From Amoebophrya sp. A120 (Eukaryota > Protista > Dinoflagellata): DNA of 64,000 bases. The translations under genes and the position numbers were made by a program. Below are positions 50,869-61,519 of the stretch, one piece after another. The notes beneath the pieces are model-generated. The model was not told the origin of the DNA and did no database searches. It saw only the letters and a list, made by a program, of their open reading frames with translations. How positions within the stretch are numbered: position 1 is the first letter of the stretch; each line of letters begins with the position of its first letter. Location: assembly GCA_905178155.1 (NCBI GenBank), contig CAJINV010000004.1:3753320-3817319 (forward strand), given 5' to 3'.

Positions 50869-51687
50869 GATGAAATGTATTTCTGTGATAATCGCTTTCG
50901 TGATAGATTTTGCTGGTGCTCACTTGTTGTTGTTGATCAAAATTTGAAACGAAGCCACTTCTCATGATGAAGCAAACGCACGCGCGCCGAAGATCGAAAT
51001 TAAGTACTGACAAAACGCATGCTGAACTGCAGCAAAGAGAAAGACTTAAGCAGCTAAATCATGATGAACACTTCAACTATCATCTTTCGGGTCTGAAACT
51101 ACACCGAATGAAGATACGTTACTTTACTTTCGTTCTGCTGACGATAAAGGAATTACTTTACTTTCGTTCTGCTCGGCCAGGGCCTTCCGTTGTACCTCGA
51201 CCGCCATATTTATTTATCGCAAACGAAGCAGATGATCCGTGAAAGTGAAGTAGAAACACAAAAAAGGAAAAGGATCCTCCAGTGGTTTCGAAGATCAGGT
51301 CTTGTTCAAACAAAAGGTCATCTCCCTCCACGTGCAACATCCAAAAAGATAGAGATCATGATGAGAGGATCCACAAGCACGAGCAGAAAGTCGAGTTGAT
51401 AGAATGGTTCAACTCAAGGAATAAACGATCTTCTGGTTCGGAGTAACCTCGCGAAGCTAGCACTGTCGTGCCTATTCTTCAAACAGCGAATCCAACGGGT
51501 ACAAGTAGGCTGAAGAGTAGTTCTTGTTGTTTTCCGGTACATCACTACAACATAGCGGCGCAAGTACGTTTGTAGAGGCGTTAATCTTCTTCTTCTACAG
51601 TAGAGTTTGTCGTCGTACAAATACCATATTTAAATTTTTTAGAAGCTTCTCTCAGGCCGACCTTCTTCTCGTTTCGCTTTCGAAAAA

Positions 51688-53958
51688 ATGGTAAAAAAGA
51701 GCATGAAACGAAAGCAGGCCTCTTCTGCAGGAGACCACAGCGCGGGTGGCAACAAAAATGCGAAAGCATCATCATCCTCCGCCGCCAGCACTGCCGCGGA
51801 ACCAGCACAGCAAATGGAGCATCTTTTGTCCGGTCCGGCGCTGAAACAGGCCAAGAAAATTTCCATCGCTAAAATTAACGGTCCGGACGAGGGAAAGTTG
51901 CTCCTCCCGCGAAACGCGGAGGATAAGAAGCAGGGCGAGCGGGTGGTGGTCGTGCTGGAAAAGTGTTTTTTGGAGCTAGTGCAGATCCGGAAGGGGACGT
52001 ACGAATTGCTCAATTCCGACGACCACAAGACCTTACTGATGAAAAACGAAAAGCGCAGGAACGACCTGGCGGAAGCACGCCCGGACATTACGCACCAGTG
52101 TTTGATGACGCTTCTGGATTCGCCGCTGAATAAAAAAGGTAGACGTTATTTTGTCCGTGCAAGACAGATTTACGTTTGCCACCTGAGCCAGCATGTTGAC
52201 AACATACTCCATTTTTTATATTTTTTCTTGCAAAATAGAACAACTTGATGTAATGCTGCTCGCATTGGTGCGATATATAGCATTAGCATTGCACCAACCA
52301 CCATGAAAACCTTAACAGGCAAGCTGCTGATCTACCTGCACACAGCGCAGAATGTGTTGATTGAAGTGCACCCGAGCCTGCGTGTCCCCCGAACGTTCAA
52401 GCGATTTTGCGGGCTCATGGTGGAGCTGTTGCAGAAAAACAAAATCAGAGCCGCGCAAACAAACGAGATCCTGATGAAGGTGCGATGAGTCCTTATTTTT
52501 TTTTTCGCAACTTCCTGATGGATCGTCCTGTTTGAAGATGCAGACGAAAGATTTGTTGATAGGGCATACACTAGTTTCTGATTGTGTTTTGCATTATTGT
52601 TGGCAATGGGAGACTTCGACAGCCATATAGATTCGGAATAGATTCCAAATAGATTTGAGATAGATGGTTTCTGTTTTCCGAAAAAGCGTCTGCAGTTCTG
52701 CAGCACGCGATCGAATGGAGAATAAAAACAGTCACCGAAGTCGCGAGCTGGGCGAAAAATGAGAACAATTCTGACCAAAATTTCCCGGGCCGATGAGAAG
52801 TGGCCACAAGGTGCCTGCCCTAGCCCGAGAAAGTGGCCAGGTGAAGGGGGTAATCTTGCAGCGCAAGCGCCGCGCTATGCTTTTAGTTGGGCCTAGACTC
52901 TCGGACCAAGTAAGAGCATACCCTGGCGCCTGGGAAAAAGATTGCTCTGGCCCGCAAAAGTTGGCACAGGCGCCACGGCATTCTTTTGCCGGGGCTGCCA
53001 GGTTTTAAGGCCAGGCACTGTCACAGAGGTGCGCATGTGATGCGAAATTCTCCTGGCCCGAGAAAGTGGCCAGATCGATGATGGAGGAGCGTGGTGTTTC
53101 TGATGCGAAAATGTTCTGGCCCGAGAAAGTGGCCAGATAAGGGGGGGGTGATCTTGAAGTACAAGCAGCACGCTGTGCTCTTACCTGGGCCTCTCGACTT
53201 TGAGGCCAGGTAAGAGCATAGCATGGCGCTTGGAAGGAAAAAAGGCCCCGTCGGCCCAAACAAAGTTGGCCCAAACACCACGGCACTCTGTTCCCTGGCC
53301 TTCCAAGTTTTGGGGCCTTCCAAGTTTTGGGGCCTATGCAGACGAAAGATTTGTTGATAGGGCATACACTATTTATTGTGTTTTGCATATTGCATTGTTG
53401 TGGTCAACTCGTTTATTATTTCCAAAAACCCCATCACAGGTTATCTCCAACCCGATTGACAAGTACCTTCCACCGGGCGGGCGCAAAGTCGGTCTTTCTG
53501 TGACGGGCAAGTCCGTGAACGTTCGCGACTACTGTAAAATGCTGGTGGACGAGCAGAGACCAAATAAACCACTAGGAGGAGCTTCTGATGCAGGAGCACG
53601 AGAAGCTGCAGCAGGAAGTAGTGCTAAAGGCTCATCACCGTCCACCTCTAGCAGCAGTTCAACAGCGCCATATGCAGGTGCGCAACAGGTAGTTGCAGCT
53701 ACGACAGCACATCAGCAGCAACCAGGTCATCTACCTTGTGCTGAGGAAGAGGAGCAGCCAACCCTGGATGTGAAACAAACCGCGTTTCTGCCGATCACGT
53801 TCGTGATTGGGGCGGTGGCCCACTGTGACCCGGCGAGCGAAAGCAATTTCGGCCTGGATTACACGACGGAAAAGATAAGTATTTCCCCGTTTGGGCTCAG
53901 TGCGAGTTGTGTATGCAGCAAGCTTTGCCACGAGTTTGAACACTTGTGGAATGTTTGA
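51688..53958 (+). CDS. EMG1: 18S rRNA pseudouridine methyltransferase EMG1/NEP1; exons 51688-52138, 52319-52479, 53440-53958
   Basis: [48 protein letters not shown] and [22 protein letters not shown]; two GT-AG introns. Confidence 0.95.
52539..53395. repeat. Intronic ~55-bp direct repeats flanking a ~740-bp insertion with internal repeats
   Basis: tgcagacgaaagatttgttgatagggcatacacta at 52539 and 53337; cccgagaaagtggccag at ~52824, ~53057 and ~53120. Confidence 0.8.
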
Positions 53959-54590
53959 TAGTACAGATGAGCCTCGATGGCGGATACGAGTTGTAGTAAA
54001 CGACAATGCTTATGATTGCAGTGCGGTATGTGCCTTGGTACAATTACAATGACCGAGGATGGAAGAATAAAAATCTATCGAGGTGAAAATTCTTATTCTG
54101 ATGCAGTAATGCTGGGAGCCGCTGCTGCATTTGTTTTTGCGTTCCTTCACAGGCGTCTCCTGCAAGTCTGCAGCTTCCGTTCCTGGATGAATTTTCGTGC
54201 GGCGTGGTTGGGTCTTTTCGAAGATGAGAGCTGCAAAAATATTGTTGATTTGCTTCTGAGAGACAGATGACATCAAAACCATGCAAAAACCGTCTTGCAA
54301 AAAAGAACAATTTTCCCGACATAGATTTAGATAGACGAAAGAATTGATAAGTACAACTTCGACCAGCGTAGACAAGGTCAGCGAGTCTAGCTTGATGTGT
54401 CCTAGTACAAGCGTCGTGACAAAGTAAGCGATCATAGTACAATCATAATCAAGTCGTTTTAAGTGTACCAAGTGAGATACAAGAAAGGAATTTTTTTGTG
54501 CACGACCTCCTTCCTTTATCAACATTCCTCAAATCTAAAGAGTCAAGAGCCAAAGTTTCAGGTTTATAAGATTAAGCGTATCAAAATCAA

Positions 54591-57500
54591 ATGCCCTCGA
54601 CGCCAACGGACAGTTCATTCTTGCGACAGCAAGTCGTGCAAGACACACCGACTTTTGGGGTGCCAGGTCGTGGTGGCGATACAGGAAGGAAGGGCAGTAC
54701 GAGTAGCGCCACTGGTTTTCATCCAAAGAGTGGCACATCTTCTACCGCTGCGTCATTTGTCAAAACAGCAGCATCTTCGGCAAGCGACGCGGCTACAACA
54801 GGAACTACACCCGGAACAAGAAGTGCTGTCCCCTTCGCGGCCCCCGCACTTGTTCCTGCGGCCGAGACTTTTTCAAAAATGTCTGTGTCAGCCTCGTCGG
54901 CTACGGCTTCATCAGCTGCGGAAAGCAGAAGTACCATGATGAACATAGCGGCCAAAGAACCGCCCGTAGTTGCGGCCGAACCCGCGTTCGAGCGGGACAC
55001 GGATGAAACAGAAGAGATGACGGCGGACGAGGTGTGGCGAAAAGTCCTGATGCCCAACGCGGCGTCGGCACCACTAGCGTTTGCTGCGGGCTACGACCAA
55101 CGTAGAAATAATGATAGACGGTTCCTTGTTCAAATGTTTGAATTTCGCATCTATTTCTATACAGAAGCACCAAGATTTTGATGTTCCAGAAAAAGATGCT
55201 CGCATTCATTTTCGCTGTGTTTTTGTGTTGACGGTTCTTGGCCTGATAAATTTTTCCAAGAAATTGATTCCTATACAGGTCTGTTCGACGGCTGGGTCAA
55301 GCAGCCCTCGCCGTGCTGCGGTGCCGCGTCCGTTGCGGGCGCCTGGAATGCGCTGCGGAACGTGCACCGTTCGGGGGACAACTATCAAAAGGAAAAATCC
55401 CCCCACCCCATACTCAAACTAGAAATTTGTGATGCAGATTTGTGGTCACAAATCAGCTTTGTCATGCTAGAAGGGAAAAGATGCGGACTGTAGTGCTGGT
55501 TGGCGTGGGAAAGCCTTGCACCTTCAGCATGACAGGGGGCAGCTGGAAGTGGGAAACAGCATGACAAATTGCCAGCAAACGAGGCCAGAGCTGCGTCTCT
55601 TGGCCTTCTAGCATTACAAGTCGATTTGTGTACTCAAATACTCGACCCGGCTTTCACTAGGGGGAGCATTCGTACACTTTGTGCCCTCCGGGACTATGCC
55701 TCTGCTTCCGTCTAAACTGAGGGGTCCACTTATCCCTCTCGGTATTCGGTCGCAGGGAAGGGTTGCCGGGGTCTCCCTCGCATCGGTTCTCGATGTCGGG
55801 TGTGAGTTTGTGACTGCGGGGGCAGTGGTTGGCTTAGGTGTGTGGAGTACATCTGAAAAGAGGCTCCCATTCCTTCTTCCAGGTAGCGATCCTAGATCGC
55901 TGCCATGCGGAGCCACCCCCGTATTTCACCCCCAGGGGGTTGTGGACCTGGCAAAACCGATGAGTTCGGGCTGCTGACTGTTCCACCTCTTCCGAGAGCG
56001 ATCATGTTACGCCTCACGCCTCAAATACAGCATCACAAGTTTCGTTTTCGATGTGGGGAGGGGGGATTTTTCGTTTTGATAACAACGCGAAGGACTTCCG
56101 CAAGCTCTCCGATGTGCTGGCGAAGTACTGCGACGCGTTGGCGAGAGGGAGACGGAAGCGGTTGGATCGCATTCTCGACGGGTATTTGCGGTGTGTCCTG
56201 CCCTCCGGGGAGGAGATTGCGAAGATGGGGGACTACTTCTTGGCGAAAATTCAGCAGCACAACTTTCTCGGCGAGGAGTACGAGCAGCAAGAGTGGCAGC
56301 GGAGAAACATCTCGCATCTGGAGCTGCATGCGGGCGGTGGTGGGGACAACATCGCGACTTGTGCGACTGAAAAGAACTTGTCCAGTACCGCTCTCTTAGC
56401 TGCAGCGAACATCGAGTCTTCAATGGATATTGCGGTCGAGAAGATGGAGAAGTGTAGTAATAATTTTTCGGGGGCACCAACATCTAGAACCACTTCGGCA
56501 CTAGCAGTTCCAAAGATTGTGCAGAAGAACAATCCACCTGCTCTCCCGGTGGGCAAGGACATGACGGACGCCGAAAAGAAGGAGCTGCCGGTCTCGAAAT
56601 ATTTCAAGACGGAGGAGAAGTTATGAACTGCAAAAACATCGTACTAGTATAAATTGCAATACAAATTAGCTCAGCATTACAAACTTTGTAATGCGGATTT
56701 TCTTTAACAAAAAGATTTGTATTATGCATAAACGCAATTAGTACGAGTACGATACTTTTGCACAGGATAGAAGTTTCCGATGTTACTGTACCTAGAGAAA
56801 TTCATCGAGGACTACCTGTTTCAAGTTGAGCAACGCACCTGGATCGGGACCAAGAAGAGTATTTATTGCGTATGTTGTTGTTTGTCATGCAAGACACAAC
56901 ACGTGATGAGGTATATTTCTCATGCAGGACGCACAGAACAAATACGACATTTTATCAAAAAACAGAAAACAAGCCCGTCGACCCTGAGAAAACCCCTGTC
57001 GAGGGTGTTACCAAAACCGCCGCGAAAGACGCGTTGAAAGCGGTGTGTGAAGCACAAGTTGCGCTCCGCTGCACAGTGGCGACAGACGAAAAAAATTCTA
57101 GTCCAACTGCCGGGGAGAACAACATTTCGTCGTCCGAGGAAACCACTGCAGTGACGGCGTCGAGCGGCTCGAGTTCGCGCACCTCCAGTAAGGAGTCAAC
57201 CACAAATGCAGTTCCGACGCCATATTTCACGCCCTACTCGGACTTGAGTTCGGCCAGTTCGTCCGGCGAGGAGGGGGGCTTGGACCTGGGCGCCGTGCGG
57301 GTGGACCTGCTCACCGGGCATCCAGCGCTGCTGCCGAGCGGGCGGGGTTTGAATGTGGAAACGACCGCCGTGCAAAAGGACTATAACGAGATGAAGATGA
57401 GCTACCCTAGTGGTGGTGATACAACATCGCTGGCGACCACTTTTCAGAACGGGTTGGGAAATCGAACCATTTCCGCGGCGCTGGCAACCGCGAGTGCGTC

Positions 57501-60500
57501 TCTGCGCGGTGGACAGAGTGGCAAACCGGCGAGCGGAGTTGTACAACTTCTTGATGCACCCACCCCAGCGCACTCTCCCGCGGATGAAGAGGTATCAGAT
57601 AAAACTACTAGCGCGCCGGCGGCGGTGGACGAACAGAAGCAAGCGGGCCAAGCTGGTACCGAATCCGAAAGGAAGCAGGAGACAATCACACCACCAGGAA
57701 CAACTGCCGCTGCTGCAGACAACACTTCATCTACAACTCTGCAGCCCAACACTATCAACCCTTCCCAATACGAGGGGATTCTGTGGTCGGCGTTTCTGGA
57801 GCTCTCCCAGGAGGAGCGATTCGCCACCGAGCTGGGTGAACTGTACACGAAAAAGCGGGCGGTCGCGCGCCTCACGCAGTACTTACCCGGCACCGCGGAA
57901 ATCGGCAACTGGGGCATTCTCAAGGCGTGCAAAAGAACGGGGCTGGATTATCAAAGTGAAAAAAACTGCTTCCTCCCATTAACATTATTGAAACGGAAAT
58001 TTCTGTTGCTGGATTTGTGTACACAAATCAGAGCTGTATAATTGCAGCATGTGCTTGTAGGCATTTTCTAAACCTGATTAGGTATGCAAAAGGCTAGCAC
58101 TCAGGAATGACAGACAGCTTTGCAGTAGCCAAAAAAGCATGACCGCTTGGCTGGGGAATGCGCCGCACGGCGTCCATTTGCCTCATATGAAGGACAAAGC
58201 TGATGCTGATTTGTGGTCACAATCACAAATCAGCGTCAAACTCGATATGGGAAGGGGGGATTTTTTTATCACAATATAGTTGCGAAAGTAATCGCGAACC
58301 GGCGGTCGATTCTGGGTGGGAAAGCAGTTTTATGGAAGTGCACAGCCTCCCCTGTATTTGTCATCCAAAATCCCAAATCCAGGCTGTGCCTCTTGGCACT
58401 GTTTGCATGACAAATTCTGGTGTGCTGCACTTCTGTTTAGCATGACAAGTTCTGGTAGTTCAAATAGCACCAATACACTCCCGCGCAAATTTGTCATGCG
58501 AAACCGGCATTCTTGCTGATGCTTGTAATGCCACTCATGCTACACAAATGAGGAGGAGGGGCGGTTGTGTACTCTCATAACAATCCGCGCCCGGCGAGGA
58601 GAAGCGAAAGGAGGATTTGTGGAACCTGCTGAAATATCCTGTGCAAAAGTATCGTACTCGTATTGCAGTCATGCATTACAAATTTGCCTTCAAACGTAAA
58701 TCCGCATTACAAATTCTATTTCTCATGCAGTAATCCGCCGAACAGTCCCAGTACCCCCCGAGTAGCCCCCCCAACTACTCACCCGAGCCCATGATCCCAC
58801 CTGTGCTTCGCACCAACTTTGGATCGGCTCAACATTCGCTTCCGGGGGGTGCAATTTGGTATCTAACCGACATTGTGCCAAGAGGAGGGCCTCCTCGGAA
58901 CCGCCTGGCGAAAGCCTGCCATGGGTTTCACTATCCACGGGTGGTGTTGCGGGTATTCCTGGCGAAAGCCAAAAACCGGCAGAAAACGGGCCACGGCAGT
59001 GCTCTCGCTGGACATTACCAACATTTGTCCGGGCAGGGCCGTCCTCTTGCCGGACACAACCAACATCTGTCCGAAACAGCCTAGGGCCAAGACGACACCG
59101 TGAGGACGACCACAGGGGGTTCGTCTCAATGATGATGATGATGCTGAGGAAATTTGTAATGCATTTATACTTACGAGTACGATACTTTTGCAGTCCATAT
59201 GAAAGCGAACATCGGGCAACCGCAGACGGTTCTGCTGTTTCACCTCACCAACCATTACGCGTTGCTTTACTGTTGGCGCGAGTACTTCTGCCTGAAACCG
59301 CCGGGGGAAGAGAAGAATAAAGCAGCGCTCGTAGTAGGCGGAGAACAAGAAGAAGAGAAACTAAGTACAACTACACCAACAACGGGAGACGTCGTTTCTG
59401 TTGCTCCGGAAGGACGAGGAAACTATACAGGAGCAGTAGACCTACGACCTGCAACCACCACCACACGTCCTGCGGAAGAAGATGTCGAAAGTAGTAAAGG
59501 ACTCGAAACCGCTAGCAGTGCTTCTGCTTCTTCCTCCGCATCGAAAAACGTTGGGACGGGTGATGTTCCTGTCAGCAGTTCTTCATCAAAACAGGACCCA
59601 GCCGTCGTGGTGGTAGTGCCCAAAACTTCTTCCACCTCTGCCAATTGTTCTACTTCCGCCGCCGCGCCGAAGCGTTCCGCCACGCCACCGCCGAAGGTGA
59701 CACCGAGGGGGAGTGTGAAAAAGAAGAAGACGACAGGCGCGGCCTCTCGTGCAGGTGGAATCACTTCTGGTGCCAAGCAGAACACGACATCGACGACCTC
59801 TTCTACTTCGCCAAACAATCAATCGGGTGCTGCAGCTGCGGAGATGAGCGAGGGGAAAAAAACTTCATCAGCGACCAAACCATCTTCCTCTGCGAACAAT
59901 ACTAAAGCCGGTGCATCAACATCTTCTGTCCCACCGCCGGTCCCGTCGAATTACCAACACGTGCGGGAGATCTACACCGCCCGGAAGGGGCAGCGCCCCA
60001 CCGCGTGGCTGTCGTTGGATGAGGTGTACTATGAACTGCAAAAGTATCGTACTCGTATAAATGCATTACAAATTTCCTCAGCGTGAGAAATAAAATTTGT
60101 AATGCTGATGTACCTTAAGAAAAAGATTTGCAATGCATTACTGCAATGCGAGTCGTGCGATACTTTTGCACAGGATATGTACAAAATTCTGGTTGGGTGG
60201 TCCGGGTACGCCATCATGAAGGTCACGCTGAAGCCTACGAATTGCAAAAATGTCTGGGTCTGGAAGATTGCAACTTGTCATGCTGTTTTTGGATTCTAAA
60301 AAAATTTGTATTGCATGACCAGCAAGAGGGGTGCAATTTGTACTACACGGACAGGGCATTTCTCATGCGAAAGGTGCATCAGGTTCAGGAAGCCTTCTAA
60401 AAGTCTGCGATGCTAGGTCATGCATTACAGGCATCATGGGTCACGGGAAATATGCATGGCAAATCTTGCATTCTTCCAGAGCCAGACCCAGACATATTTG

Positions 60501-60581
60501 CACTTGATAAAGCCGGAAAACGACCCGTTCGCCTCCGAACAAAGCAACGACGAAGAGGATGAAGCGGACGTGTGTCAATGA
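54591..60581 (+). CDS. Protein with a split Cys/His papain-like (C39/BIVM-like) domain, interrupted by 7 introners and 2 GT-AG introns
   Basis: Reassembled motifs WVKQPSPCCGAASVAGAWNAL, IGNWGILKAC, LLFHLTNHYALLYCWREY and EIYTARKGQRPTAWLSLDEVYKILVGWSGY; GT-AG introns 55102-55278 and 56859-56965. The fold assignment is inference. Confidence 0.7.
55383..56081. mobile_element. Family C introner with nested insertion (699 bp), DR acaac
   Basis: tatcaaaaggaaaaatccccccacccca ... tggggaggggggatttttcgttttgata; frame restored (SGDN|AKDFRK). Confidence 0.9.
55642..56019 (+). mobile_element. Nested insertion with 9-bp TSD ctcaaatac
   Basis: ctcaaatac at 55633-55641 and 56020-56028; ends in the tandem acgcctcacgcctc. 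Removal leaves 312 bp, versus 313 bp for the C copy at 61891. Confidence 0.78.
56622..56769. mobile_element. Family B introner (148 bp), DR gaagt
   Basis: tatgaactgcaaaaacatcgtac ... gtacgatacttttgcacaggata; frame restored (EEK|FPMLL). Confidence 0.9.
57949..58276. mobile_element. Diverged family C introner (328 bp), degenerate DR tggat/tagtt
   Basis: Interior shared with 61891-62203; ends gatatgggaaggggggatttttttatcacaata; removal plus 5 nt gives GLD|AKVIAN. Confidence 0.75.
58331..58579. mobile_element. Family D introner (249 bp), degenerate DR agttt/acaat
   Basis: tatggaagtgcacagcc ... ggttgtgtactctcata; removal plus 5 nt gives KAV|SAPGEEKRKEDLW. Confidence 0.75.
58635..59199. mobile_element. 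Family B introner with nested insertion (565 bp), DR tgaaa
   Basis: tatcctgtgcaaaagtatcgtactcgta ... tacgagtacgatacttttgcagtccata; frame restored (LLK|ANIGQP). Confidence 0.9.
58729..59140 (+). mobile_element. Nested insertion ending in a (GAT)n tail, with atgc duplication
   Basis: The empty site tctcatgctgaggaaattt is intact in the B copy at ~62362. Removal leaves 149 bp, the family B size. Confidence 0.8.
60030..60177. mobile_element. Family B introner (148 bp), DR tgtac
   Basis: B-type TIRs; frame restored (DEVY|KILVGW). Confidence 0.92.
60236..60509. mobile_element. Family A introner (274 bp), DR aagcc
   Basis: A-type TIRs (left end begins tac); frame restored (TLKP|ENDPF). Confidence 0.92.
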
Positions 60582-61519
60582 GTCGATGTGGTGGTACAAC
60601 TCCTCTTTGTATTTGGTCGTCGTGGTGTCCTCCTCCTCCGCAATCAAACTCGGGGAGCACTTTTTACAAAATTTAAATCGTTTTTCTATGTTTGTTGTAG
60701 CTCGTTGTGTAGATGAAGATGATGGAAACGAAGAAAGGCGTCCTCCTCTTCGAGATGCTATGTATAAACTTGTGCCATCCGACAATAGGATAGCCAATTT
60801 CATCATCCACGTTAGATTTGTTGCAGTTTTGGTGCTGTCGAGCGTCCGACCACTTTTTTGAACAATTTGAGTATTGATTTTTTTTTTTGACCATCGTTCC
60901 ATTTTACTTACTTTGTTTTTTGCGCTTTTCAACAAATCATGTTGAGATTTTCTACTCTCTGATTTCGGCCGTGTCCACTCTTTTGGCAAAAATAAAACGA
61001 CTTAACCGCGACAAAGTCGACATCACGTTGCTGCTGTTTCAGAACATTTTTCGAACTGACGACTTTTTTCGAAATTTTTTGTTTCCAAACAACTAAAAAC
61101 AAGCACTGCAGCCACTGCTGGCTCGATTGCACCATCACCCGGAGACCATACCGGTGCCTGCTTCGCTGCGTGTGGGCCCAGCGCTGGATGGTTTTGCTGC
61201 TTTGACCGACGTCTGTTCCATCTGTTTGTAGCAGTCTGGGACCAACTTGGCAGGACGATGTCATTTTCTCATGGGGATCCACTTTCGCAGTGGCATCGGA
61301 CTTCTTTGCGCAAGACAGGCATCGATCGCACCATCTTCGTAAGTAGCCGCCTCGCAACCACTAGGAGTCTCTCTGTTGTTCGCAAAGTGTAGTAGGATCT
61401 GCTGCTCGGGTGCACTATCAAGGTTGACACACGCGGCGGCGGTGTTGCAATTATTGGCTGATTTTCTGCAAGGAAAGAATAAAGATCTACCGTGTTTGTA
61501 GTAGTTCTCAATCTGCGCC

